Source: Candidatus Heimdallarchaeota archaeon
GTDB taxonomy: Archaea; Asgardarchaeota; Heimdallarchaeia; JABLTI01
DNA length: 50,351 nt
Reading direction: 5' to 3'
Assembly: GCA_019058275.1 (NCBI GenBank)
Contig: JAHLVW010000105.1
Span: 1-50,351 of the forward strand
A model generated the notes under the pieces. It was not told the DNA's origin, did not search any database, and was given only the letters and a program-made list of their open reading frames with translations. The position numbers and the translations under genes are program-made. Of the stretch, positions 1 to 9,112 are shown piece by piece; position 1 is the first letter of the stretch; each line of letters begins with the position of its first letter.

Positions 1-101
1 AGTCTATATAGCATTTCAATTGAACCTGTTTTAACTATTGGTCTCAAAATCGATAGTTTTTCAAACAATTTTTTCTCAAAGTCCATGTCTATATCAATCA
101 T
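1..101 (-). CDS. N-terminus of a hypothetical protein, partial (runs off window start)
   Basis: Manual translation from ATG at 101: MIDIDMDFEKKLFEKLSILRPIVKTGSIEMLYR..., open to position 1. Confidence 0.4.
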   Translation of the reverse strand, partial: MIDIDMDFEKKLFEKLSILRPIVKTGSIEMLYR

Positions 102-323
102 CGCTAATAGTTTGTATCGTTTTCTTCTACAAAAATTATTGTATTAAATTCGCAAAAATTAGCAAATATGTTAATAACAACTGAAAGATTTTGTCTAAGA
201 AATCATTTGAACATATAAGCACCCCGTTTTTGTGGTGTTTAAAAATTGATTTTTGTACATATTTGTCGAAGTAAGGGAATAGCAATTATGAATTAGTGTA
301 TACTTGATTAAAATAGAAAAAAT

Positions 324-497
324 TGGTCCGGTCCCGGAGATTTGAATTCCGGGATGAAGTCACGAATGACAACATCGCTCCGGACATCTCGGTGTCCTGC
401 CTTCGCAGCGAACACTGGCTGACTCCAAATCATCACGTCTTCATTGGAGCGACAAAGTCTACAGCCGAGCACTCTAGCCAGGCTGAGTTAGGACCGG
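324..497 (-). tRNA. tRNA-Tyr(GTA) with two introns: 37/38 (394-458, 65 nt) and 53/54 (347-377, 31 nt); CCA encoded
   Basis: Acceptor CCGGTCC/GGACCGG + ACCA; D arm ACTC/GAGT; anticodon stem CTCGG/CCGAG with loop CT-GTA-G|A; T stem CGGAG/CTCCG with TTCAAAT loop. The cloverleaf is restored only after both inserts are removed. Confidence 0.92.
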
Positions 498-591
498 CTA
501 ATTGTGTATTCCTTTTTTTGCTATTTTAAAGATTTCCGTCTAATACAATATTTCCAATTACTTATCAAAAACAGATTCTTTTAAGCCAGTT

Positions 592-1029
592 TTAACCGAA
601 AATATTCTTTGCTCGGTTTGCAGGTTTCAAGCAAAGATCTTTCAATTCTTTGTCTATTATATTTTTAATTTGTTTTATTTCGCTGGTCATTACTGGTGTA
701 TCAAGAATTACTCTAGTTAAATTCAGCTTTTTCTCTAAATTTGCTAATCTCCTTTGTATCTCTGATATATCTGTTCCTCTTTCAGCTATCGTATAAAGGA
801 GGAGTTGCTTATTTGTTCCTAGATCAAGATCCTTTATAACTAACGAATATTTCTTAAGTTGCATTTCTTTAGCTTCGTCACTAAATGCTTTAGATGCAAA
901 AGTCTGTATAGCTGTTAATAATCCTGTTCTTATAAACGGATCCACTTCCATTTCGCTCGGATAGTATTCACTACGAATTAGTGGTATGCCATTAACGATT
1001 AATCCAGCTTCAATTACAGCCATCATCAA
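592..1029 (-). CDS. Longin/roadblock-like small protein (Asgard type)
   Basis: About 143 aa; beta-beta-alpha pattern with NGIPLIRSEY...DPFIRTGLLTAIQTFA, resembling Asgard longin-like domains. Fold is inferred. Confidence 0.5.
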   Translation of the reverse strand: MMMAVIEAGLIVNGIPLIRSEYYPSEMEVDPFIRTGLLTAIQTFASKAFSDEAKEMQLKKYSLVIKDLDLGTNKQLLLYTIAERGTDISEIQRRLANLEKKLNLTRVILDTPVMTSEIKQIKNIIDKELKDLCLKPANRAKNIFG

Positions 1030-1171
1030 TTTGTCCTTGGATTATTGAATATCTTTGTTTTGACAATAATTATTAGTCAAAAAATTATATGTATTTTGTT
1101 ATAAATACCCGTTAACATTAAAACTATTGCTATATAAAGAATAAAAATGTGAAGGACCAATTAGAAGCGTC

Positions 1172-1438
1172 CTATTTTGGTAGCTCTTTATGGCATATCC
1201 ACCAATCATAACACTCATATTCTTTTGGTCTCTTCTTAGCTGTTTCTACATCACTTCCAGGAGGGATAATTACTCTATCTTTAAGTAGTTCATTGTTAGG
1301 CCAATTCGTTGGCATAGCAACAACATGTTTATCTGCAATTTGAAATGCCTTTATAATTCGTACAATCTCATACATATTTCGTCCCATTTCAGGAGGATAG
1401 TAAATCTTTGCGTGTATTATTCCTTCAGAAGGCATCAA
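1172..1438 (-). pseudogene. Peroxiredoxin (archaeal Prx6 type), C-terminal fragment
   Basis: EGIIHAKIYYPPEMGRN...MPTNWP...YECYDWWICHK matches the C-terminal half of archaeal Prx6; the peroxidatic Cys region is absent. Confidence 0.85.
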
Positions 1439-1606
1439 ACTTTGTTACTAAAAACCCTTTTTCTAAAGACTTAATTGAATATAATTATGGTTTCGAAGAA
1501 ATATTTTGGGATAGAAAAGTTGTTTTTTATCATGATTATATGAGTGGCACTGTAAGAAATAAGTATTTTAGGACAAAAGTAATTTAGTTTTAATGGTGTT
1601 TAATAA

Positions 1607-2059
1607 ATGAAAGATTTTGTTTTTTTTCTTGTGAAAGCAAAAAAGAACACGTACGCAAGCGACGGAGAAGGAGGAGAAACTATAACAAGTGATGGCGCAA
1701 GAAAATTAAGTCATGAAGAAAAAGAATTCAATTACCAAGACAAATATTACGGAACAAATCCCTTCATCGGACAAGAAATAGTATGCAAACAAGGAATTCC
1801 TTTTTGGGGTATGAATTATAAAGGACAAACAATAGGAGGTATTAATCCGAAATTAATTTATGAATTTCTTAAAGAATGCTTATCAAAAGTAAGTGAAGAA
1901 CTTCCTTATAGAGGTCCAAAAGAATATTCAAAAAACGATTTTAAATACAAAAACAATGTTGAAGGCAGTGTTGAATCATTTAAAGGAACTGAAATCATTT
2001 ATTACGAAAACAAAAAAGTTTACGAATTAAATTACCATGGAGGTACTATCAAAGAATAA
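1607..2059 (+). CDS. DUF5680-like protein inserted within the peroxiredoxin gene
   Basis: [11 protein letters not shown]...YQDKYYG...FIGQEIV...WGMNY...PYRGP...F.G.E.I...VYELNYHGG motif pattern. Confidence 0.7.
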   Translation: MKDFVFFLVKAKKNTYASDGEGGETITSDGARKLSHEEKEFNYQDKYYGTNPFIGQEIVCKQGIPFWGMNYKGQTIGGINPKLIYEFLKECLSKVSEELPYRGPKEYSKNDFKYKNNVEGSVESFKGTEIIYYENKKVYELNYHGGTIKE

Positions 2060-2079
2060 AACCTTAAATATTTGTAATG

Positions 2080-2355
2080 TTTTTCTTTAATCCATTCTAC
2101 ACACTTAATGTGATTATATACTTGATCTATACTTAACCCAATTAACTTTGCATTTAGTTTATCAAATTCAGGCTTTTTTTTCTGGAAAGTATGAAATTCA
2201 GTGGTGCAAACAGGTGTAAAATCTGCTGGATGTGAGAATAAGACAACTCATGAACCCTTAAAGTCATCTGGAAATGAAACTTCTCCATGTGTAGTTTTTG
2301 CTGTAAAGCTAGGTGCTTTATCACCTATTAGAGGTAATGAATATTCTTTTTCCAT
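2080..2355 (-). pseudogene. Peroxiredoxin N-terminal fragment with an internal TGA (not in ORF track)
   Basis: Manual translation MEKEYSLPLIGDKAPSFTAKTTHG...[22 protein letters not shown]...LIGLSIDQ...EWIKEK; TGA at 2250-2248 occupies the conserved Trp position; homology ends near 2080. Confidence 0.9.
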
Positions 2356-2507
2356 TGTTATATCTCCAATTCATTTGGATTGTTTGGTTTGCCCAACTCT
2401 TTTGTTTTTATAAAATTATGCTTTCTTAGAAAATAAAAAAACTAACCATCAATAACTTATTAAATAAAAATAAGTTTACGAAATAAGAAGAAACTTGGTG
2501 GATAACA

Positions 2508-2804
2508 ATGAACTTTCGTAAAATCCTCCTAGCTGCTTGGGGTCCCATAAAAACGATTTTCATTATATGGGGATTTTTGCTAATGATATTCACATTCATT
2601 TATTTCCTATTCTTTGCTCCTGATGGGTTACTGAACTTTCAGGCTAATTATCCATTAACATTTAATGTTTTAAGCGCGATTGTTTCAGGTTTATTATTTT
2701 TATATTGGTTAGTTGTATGGAATACATTAATCAAAGCATTTTTCAAAGAAGATTTGCGATATCTTGAGAAGAATGGTATAAAGTTGGAAGGAATCAATGC
2801 CTAA
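2508..2804 (+). CDS. Small membrane protein (2 TM)
   Basis: Two hydrophobic segments; overlaps the next gene by 8 nt. Confidence 0.6.
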   Translation: MNFRKILLAAWGPIKTIFIIWGFLLMIFTFIYFLFFAPDGLLNFQANYPLTFNVLSAIVSGLLFLYWLVVWNTLIKAFFKEDLRYLEKNGIKLEGINA

Positions 2805-3882
2805 AAGTAAAGTTATTTGGTTTGAGGTTTTAACTCCTAAGCAAGCTATGCTTTTCTTATCTATTGGTGAGAAGCTAAAGAAGTTTGGAATTGAATCTCT
2901 ATATACCACAAGAAATCATGATTATATTCATGACATATTTAGTAATTATGAAACCGAACCAATCTCTCTTGGTGAGTATGGAGGAAAAACATTAGAGGGT
3001 AAATTAATAGCAAGTGCTAAAAGAGTCGTTAAATTAGCAGAGTATATAATAAAACTTGAAGACAAACCAATTGCTACAATTTCATTATCTTCGCCTGATG
3101 CTTCACGTGTAGCTTTTGGATTAGGTATACCTTTAATTTTATTCAATGATACTACACATTCGATCCCAGTAGCTAAACTTACATTGTCATTAGCTAGGTT
3201 CTTGATAACTCCTTCTTGTATAAATAAAGAGGATTTCATTAAATTAGGAGCTAATCCAAGTACAATATACACATATGAAGGAGTAGATGAAGTGGAATAC
3301 ATTTCAGGGGAAGGTTATGAAAAGTACAAAAAATTATCGGAGAACGAAGACAAAAAGGAAAGTTATTTAGTTTTCAGACCTGAAGAGAGCTTTGCTGCTT
3401 ATATGAAAGATAGAGACGAGAATCCATATATGGAAATATTAGAAGAAGCATTTACACATTATGATGGGAAAATAGTTATTCTACCAAGATACGAAAAGCA
3501 AAAAGAAACCATTAAACAAAGATTTGAAGATAGAGCTCTCATTCTGGATAAAGGTAGATATTTTCTAGATTTACTCTCAAAAGCAGATGCAGTAATTACT
3601 GGCGGAGGAACGATGGCACGAGAAGCAGCATTATTAGGCATTCCTTCAATTACGTATTTCTGGCGTCAGCTAGAACCACAAAGCTTTATTGAGCATAAAG
3701 GTTTTCCAAGTTATTCCGTACAAACTCTTCAAGATACAAAAAAAATAATTAAGAAAATTTGTTCAAATCCTAAGCAATATAAAATTGACACAAGTCAAAA
3801 ATTAAAAGATCTTCAAAAACCAAGTGACAAATTATTCCATATAATGAAAAAAGATGATAAATTTAAACAGTATTTTAACTAA
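2797..3882 (+). CDS. DUF354 family GT-B glycosyltransferase-like protein
   Basis: IWFEVLTPKQ, GEYGG, SPDASRVAFGLGIP, FRPEESFAAY, GGGTMAREAALLGIP motifs. Confidence 0.85.
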   Translation: MPKSKVIWFEVLTPKQAMLFLSIGEKLKKFGIESLYTTRNHDYIHDIFSNYETEPISLGEYGGKTLEGKLIASAKRVVKLAEYIIKLEDKPIATISLSSPDASRVAFGLGIPLILFNDTTHSIPVAKLTLSLARFLITPSCINKEDFIKLGANPSTIYTYEGVDEVEYISGEGYEKYKKLSENEDKKESYLVFRPEESFAAYMKDRDENPYMEILEEAFTHYDGKIVILPRYEKQKETIKQRFEDRALILDKGRYFLDLLSKADAVITGGGTMAREAALLGIPSITYFWRQLEPQSFIEHKGFPSYSVQTLQDTKKIIKKICSNPKQYKIDTSQKLKDLQKPSDKLFHIMKKDDKFKQYFN

Positions 3883-4622
3883 TCATTATTTTCTTCTTCA
3901 AGATTATTTTTAGAACTGCTCTTTCTTTTAGGTATTCTTATCTTTTTATATGGGACGGGTCTTTCTTTTCTCTTTTTTATAGCTCTACTGTAGCGCTTAA
4001 ATTTCGAAAGAAACAATGGATGTCGCTTACCAACAGGTATAGTTTCTTTCTTCAATATGAGAGAAATGACATCTTGCCAGCTATGTGGTTCAGTTAAGAA
4101 ATCAGTCCAAGCTATTCCGATTTCATCAATTGAATGCCCATCGCTGCCAGCAACCATTGGTAAATCGAGCTCTATAGCAGCTTGATAGGCTTTTTTGTTG
4201 AAATAGCTAAAAGTTATACACCCATTAATTACCTCGAGAGCATCAGCCTTTATATTATATATCTCATTCTTTATTCCTAATCTTATAGAATCAAAGGGAT
4301 GAGCTGGCACAGCTATGCTACCACTTCTGTGAATTACATCAACTGTTTCTTTTGGAGTTAAACCAATTTCAAACTCTCCATCTGTTACTCCATATGCTAT
4401 AATATGACCTTTGCAAGTAGAAATTTCAATGCCTGGTACGATAATCAAATCAGTCTCAATTTCCAAAGCTTCATGAAGACCTTCAAATGTATCATGGTCA
4501 GTAATTCCTATACCATCTAAACCAATCTTTTCAGCATGTCTGATAAGCTCTTCTGCTGAATCAGTTCCATCGGAGTAGTTTGTGTGAGTATGTAAATCAA
4601 TTCTGACCATTGAAACCAACAT
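3879..4622 (-). CDS. PHP-domain metal-dependent phosphoesterase
   Basis: DLHTHT.YSDG, ITDHD, PGIEIS, AHPF, GSDGH motifs; true start probably 4610. Confidence 0.9.
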   Translation of the reverse strand: MLVSMVRIDLHTHTNYSDGTDSAEELIRHAEKIGLDGIGITDHDTFEGLHEALEIETDLIIVPGIEISTCKGHIIAYGVTDGEFEIGLTPKETVDVIHRSGSIAVPAHPFDSIRLGIKNEIYNIKADALEVINGCITFSYFNKKAYQAAIELDLPMVAGSDGHSIDEIGIAWTDFLTEPHSWQDVISLILKKETIPVGKRHPLFLSKFKRYSRAIKKRKERPVPYKKIRIPKRKSSSKNNLEEENND

Positions 4623-4667
4623 TCGAAGTTTAGTTATATTATCACCTTAATGATTTTAAGCTATCCA

Positions 4668-5951
4668 TTATACTAATGAACCAATTAATCTTGTTTTACG
4701 TGCATCCACAATTTCAACATTATACCATTTGCCTAGTTCAAGAGTTGAATCATTTATTGCAATCAATTTATAGAATTTATTTCTTAATAATGTCTGATTA
4801 GGATCTTTGTCTCTTCTTAATGCTAATGCTGACCCTTTCCATCCAACCCATTTTTTATTTCTTTCCAAAGTCATTTTGCTAACTTGTACTGTTAGTTTAC
4901 TTGAACGTTCTTTAACTACTTCTGTAGGTAATTTATCTTTAGATTTGCTTGCAACTGTTCCTTTACGATCACCATATTTGGAAATATTAACAATATCAAA
5001 CTGTAATTCATCTAGAAGTTTTGTAGTTTGAATAAAATCTTCTTCTGTTTCTCCTGGGAATCCAGTGATTATATCAGTAGATAAGGTCAGGTTAACTGAA
5101 TTCCGTAGCTCATTAATCAATTTTCGAAATTCATTAATAGTATATTTTCTCTTCATTTTTTCCAAAACTTGATCACTACCAGATTGTAGTGGTATATGTA
5201 GGAAAGTGTACACTTTGGGATTCTGAAGTAATGATTTTAATTTTTTAATAATAGGTAAAGCATAATCTGCATTCAACATACCTATTCTAACCATGAAATC
5301 TCCTTCTAGATTAGTAATTTCATCTACAATTTCAGGTAAGCTTGAATTGATATCAACTCCATAAGATGCTGTATCTTGTGCTGTTACCCAAAGCTCCTTA
5401 CAACCTTCCAATATTGCTAATTGAGCTTCCTTGGTGATTTGTTCCTTGGATTTTGAGATAAGTAATCCTTTAGCAATTCTAACGATACAGTAAGCACATT
5501 GACCAGTGCACCCTTTAGAAATTTCAATAATTCCAGTTAATCTTCTATCTCTAATTCGATGTGCTTCCAAACAGAAATTCTTGTCTCGAGAAAGAGACTC
5601 AAAATATTCGTTTGCTAAAACACTTTTAGCTGCTAAACAAACATCTCCAAAATGATCAACACCAATTAGAGCAGCTTCTGGGATATTCTTGGTACACCAT
5701 TCATCAAGAACTTGAGGTAAGCAACCTGCAACAATTAATGGTTTTTTCTGATAAGTTTTCACTAATTGGTCTTTTATCTTATTTTCAGTTGGTGCTTTAA
5801 CTATGCAAGTATTTATCAAAACAAAATCTGCATCATGTAAATCAGATACTTTTTCATATCCACATTCGTTTAGTAAATAATTCATCAATTCTGTAGCAGA
5901 AGTATTTGCTGTACATCCGAATGTTTCAACGTAAAATTTCTGCAAAATCAT
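4668..5951 (-). CDS. tRNA t6A37 methylthiotransferase (archaeal e-MtaB/CDKAL1-like radical SAM)
   Basis: UPF0004 Cys motifs (ETFGC, NTCIVK, VAGC); CxxxCxxC (CTGQCAYC); HIPLQSGS; DIITGFPGETEEDF; C-terminal TRAM domain. Confidence 0.88.
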   Translation of the reverse strand: MILQKFYVETFGCTANTSATELMNYLLNECGYEKVSDLHDADFVLINTCIVKAPTENKIKDQLVKTYQKKPLIVAGCLPQVLDEWCTKNIPEAALIGVDHFGDVCLAAKSVLANEYFESLSRDKNFCLEAHRIRDRRLTGIIEISKGCTGQCAYCIVRIAKGLLISKSKEQITKEAQLAILEGCKELWVTAQDTASYGVDINSSLPEIVDEITNLEGDFMVRIGMLNADYALPIIKKLKSLLQNPKVYTFLHIPLQSGSDQVLEKMKRKYTINEFRKLINELRNSVNLTLSTDIITGFPGETEEDFIQTTKLLDELQFDIVNISKYGDRKGTVASKSKDKLPTEVVKERSSKLTVQVSKMTLERNKKWVGWKGSALALRRDKDPNQTLLRNKFYKLIAINDSTLELGKWYNVEIVDARKTRLIGSLV

Positions 5952-6100
5952 TCATCCTTAGATTTGCTCATATGAGGGTCTTTTTTAAGGATTTCATTTC
6001 ATACCATAATCATAATTCTCTAGAAATAAGCTTAAATCTTGCTTTTCCGCCTTTCCGTAGAATTAAAATATGTTAACACTTTTTCCATAAGTGAACTTAA

Positions 6101-6409
6101 ATGAAAGCTGAAAGAATTTTTTCCATAGCAAGTATCATCACATTTTTTGCATTACTTCCTGCTTTAATTATCATGGAAATTCGAGTTTTAAGAGAGATGC
6201 CAGATATTGCATACTTATTTATTATTGCTGATGTTCTTTTAGTTGGTTTCATTGTTGCAGAAATTTTCTTAGTTGTAAGAAAATGGAGAAAAGAAAAGAG
6301 TGAAGACGAAGCTGGGGAAGAACCTGAATCAGGTGAGGATATAGATCAAGAATGGGGAGAGGAAGAAAACACAAACGAAACAAATACTGGCAGTGAAACA
6401 AATGACTGA
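6101..6409 (+). CDS. Hypothetical membrane protein with acidic tail
   Basis: Two TM segments followed by an E/D-rich tail; overlaps the next gene. Confidence 0.6.
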   Translation: MKAERIFSIASIITFFALLPALIIMEIRVLREMPDIAYLFIIADVLLVGFIVAEIFLVVRKWRKEKSEDEAGEEPESGEDIDQEWGEEENTNETNTGSETND

Positions 6410-6989
6410 AGAAAGAAAAAATGTACGAATTCACCCAACTGCGATAGTTGAAGATGGTGCAAAGATAGGGGAAGGAACAAGTGTATGGCATCATGCTCAT
6501 GTCCGAAAAGATTCTGAGTTAGGGAAAAATTGCATTCTTGGAAAAGGTGTCTATATTGACGCTGGTGTAAAAATAGGGCATGGAGTAAAGATTCAGAATA
6601 GGGTATCTGTTTATCACGGAGTTACTGTAGGGAATAATGTGTTCTTAGGACCACATATGGTATTTACTAATGATTCGTATCCACGTGCTTTTAATCCTGA
6701 ATGGAAAACTGTGGAAACAATAGTTGAGGATGGAGTGTCAATTGGAGCAAATGCAGTAATCATCTGTGGTTTAACATTAGGTAAATTTAGTATGATTGGT
6801 TCTGGTAGTGTAGTAACTAAAGATGTTCCTCCACATGCTTTAGTATTTGGGAATCCAGCTTGTTTAAGAGGTTATGTTTGTAAATGTGGGTTAAAACGTT
6901 TCCCAGTACCAGAGAAAAGGGAGACTATTGATACTTCGAAATTTGTTTGTGAGAATTGTGATAGAATTATGAAAGGTTGGGTAAAATAG
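6393..6989 (+). CDS. WbpD/WlbB-like hexapeptide-repeat sugar N-acetyltransferase with C-terminal Zn ribbon
   Basis: IHPTAIVE, VWHHAHV, KIQNRVSVY, GPHMVFTND.YPR, GNPA; CKCG...CENC; start probably 6402. Confidence 0.88.
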   Translation: MKQMTEERKNVRIHPTAIVEDGAKIGEGTSVWHHAHVRKDSELGKNCILGKGVYIDAGVKIGHGVKIQNRVSVYHGVTVGNNVFLGPHMVFTNDSYPRAFNPEWKTVETIVEDGVSIGANAVIICGLTLGKFSMIGSGSVVTKDVPPHALVFGNPACLRGYVCKCGLKRFPVPEKRETIDTSKFVCENCDRIMKGWVK

Positions 6990-7055
6990 AGAACTATGTA
7001 AACCCAATCTCATTATCTATTTTGAAATAAGAAAAAGAAGAAAAAAGAAGAGAAT

Positions 7056-9092
7056 TTAAGATTCGCTTGTTTCATGCTCAATTAAGAGCCTTAAATTAAT
7101 GATTTCCTTATCAATATCTCTTTCAAATCGTTCAATTTGGTTTTGATAATCTTTAAGGATTTTGAGATAAGCATCTTTTGAAATCTGTTTCTCTCGGATG
7201 TATCTGACTCTTAGTTCTTGGGTGCTTCGTTCTATGCTTGATCGTTTTTCTTCGGTGATTTCTATTTTCTGAATAGAGTCGGAATATTTCTTACCTTTTT
7301 CTTTAAGATTTCTTTTTATTGTATCAAGATTTTTGATTAATTCACGCATCTTGCTTTCTAGAATCTTCCTTTGATAATCATATTCCTTAGCTTTAATTTT
7401 CTTCTTCCTTCGCTTTAGATCGAGTTCAGAAATTCGTAATTGCAAAGCAGTTTTTTCTTCATATGATTCAACGAATTTTTGGATTAATTCAATTGGAACT
7501 TCTTCTCGAGATTCAGGAGTTATGAGGATTTTTTCTATTATATCCTTTCTCAATATTCTTAATCCAACATAACACAAACAAGCAATGAAAATAATTAATG
7601 CAAATATAAGTGGTTGAATAAAGTAGGATAAATCATTCATGGTATAACTTGCGCTTATTTGCAAATTATCATATCTTGTAATATTTACCATAGAGAGGGA
7701 TACAGTTTGTCTTCGTCCGATATTTAAAAATACACCTGTGTACCCAGTTATATATTCAGTTGGTTGGTTGCCAAATGTTAGGTATTGGAATCTTGCACCT
7801 TGTGGGAAAACAATATCTAAATCGAAATTCGCTACATGGAAGTCGACCTTAGGTAAGCCCAGAGTTTTCAGAACATATTCGGTTTTTTCATACTCAAGTA
7901 CTTCTTCTAGTTTCAATTTGTAATCAATAGTAAAGCTCTTGATTTCTCCACCGATAATGGGTCCTCGTAGAAAGATATTGATACGATTAAGCTGAGCTAT
8001 CTCTGATCCCTGTTTTGGTACTAATTTTCCTAGTTCATCGTAAACAACAACGTCTTGAGCATTATCAATGTAAAGATGCAACTCTTGCATAGCAAACGAT
8101 ATCCAAATTTCTTTTTTGAGTAAATCCCATAGCATACTATCAGGACTAACTCCTAAGCATTGCATAGTAATTTCTTCACGAATATGAGCATAATACCAAT
8201 TATCTAAGGTGATTGTTCGTTTGTAGCTTATTGCTTCTGCTGGTGGACTTTTTGTTAAAAAGCAACCTATTTGGGCATAGTATTTGTAATTACGATCATT
8301 TGGATCATGAGATGTTGAGAAGTTAAATGCAGGAATATCATATAAATCTCCGAAAATCACTGATGCAGTCTCTACTGTTGCATTTACTGGATAAACAAAT
8401 TCAGTAAGGATATTTCCTTCCTCTGGAGTATTGAATGCTGTTCTACACATAGCTATATCATGAGAAATTAATGGTACTTGACTGAAATTAAAAGCAATGC
8501 CATTTACCATGATGTTTGTAATTTCTCCTTCCATATAAACCCACTCAAAAATTGAATAAGGTCTAAGGAATGTTGCTTGAACATTTATTTTATAATCAGA
8601 ACTGTTCTCAAGTGCTGGGATCAAATTCATAGCATAAAATGAATAGTATTCTGTGTCATATTCTTTGAATACTTCAGTATCATTTAGTGGAACATCTTCT
8701 GCATCATACATTGATTTGCCTTTGATACTAACTAAATTGATACCCCAGCTTTTTGGATAAGCAAATCGGAATATAGGCAATGTAATATTATCATTTTTAT
8801 TGATAACATAGGTATCATTTATTGTTAAATAACCAAATTCATGCAATTTAACTGCACGAGTTACATTTATATCAAGATCCCATAATGATAAGTTTGGATA
8901 ATCGGATCCTGCACTATTGGGCACAAATGGACTGGTGTCCCCAATATTTGTTTCTTCCACATAAGACGGAAGAATTGTATCATTTTCTATTTGATTATTC
9001 ATAATACCGTTTACTTGAAACAAAGTAATCATGTTCAATGTAATTATTGCTAGTGCAAAAACTAACAACACTTTGTTTTTCCGACCTGACAT
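7056..9092 (-). CDS. Ribophorin I (oligosaccharyltransferase RPN1/OST1) homologue
   Basis: Signal peptide; two beta-sandwich repeats (VTRAVKLHEFG..I.DTY and YKRTITLDNW...REEI); LRGPIIGGEIKSFTIDY matching the RPN1 RxPLxGGWxxxFxxGY motif; single TM; cytosolic helical bundle. Confidence 0.75.
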   Translation of the reverse strand: MSGRKNKVLLVFALAIITLNMITLFQVNGIMNNQIENDTILPSYVEETNIGDTSPFVPNSAGSDYPNLSLWDLDINVTRAVKLHEFGYLTINDTYVINKNDNITLPIFRFAYPKSWGINLVSIKGKSMYDAEDVPLNDTEVFKEYDTEYYSFYAMNLIPALENSSDYKINVQATFLRPYSIFEWVYMEGEITNIMVNGIAFNFSQVPLISHDIAMCRTAFNTPEEGNILTEFVYPVNATVETASVIFGDLYDIPAFNFSTSHDPNDRNYKYYAQIGCFLTKSPPAEAISYKRTITLDNWYYAHIREEITMQCLGVSPDSMLWDLLKKEIWISFAMQELHLYIDNAQDVVVYDELGKLVPKQGSEIAQLNRINIFLRGPIIGGEIKSFTIDYKLKLEEVLEYEKTEYVLKTLGLPKVDFHVANFDLDIVFPQGARFQYLTFGNQPTEYITGYTGVFLNIGRRQTVSLSMVNITRYDNLQISASYTMNDLSYFIQPLIFALIIFIACLCYVGLRILRKDIIEKILITPESREEVPIELIQKFVESYEEKTALQLRISELDLKRRKKKIKAKEYDYQRKILESKMRELIKNLDTIKRNLKEKGKKYSDSIQKIEITEEKRSSIERSTQELRVRYIREKQISKDAYLKILKDYQNQIERFERDIDKEIINLRLLIEHETSES

Positions 9093-9112
9093 GGTTATAA
9101 CCTTTTACTAGT

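Noticed and set aside
323-529. 68-aa ORF on +
   Set aside because: Antisense shadow of the intron-containing tRNA-Tyr
2248-2250. In-frame TGA in peroxiredoxin as selenocysteine
   Set aside because: It aligns with the conserved Trp before VLFSHP; the peroxidatic residue is an ordinary TGC Cys, and the gene is also physically split
2201-2413. 70-aa ORF on +
   Set aside because: Antisense to the peroxiredoxin N-terminal fragment
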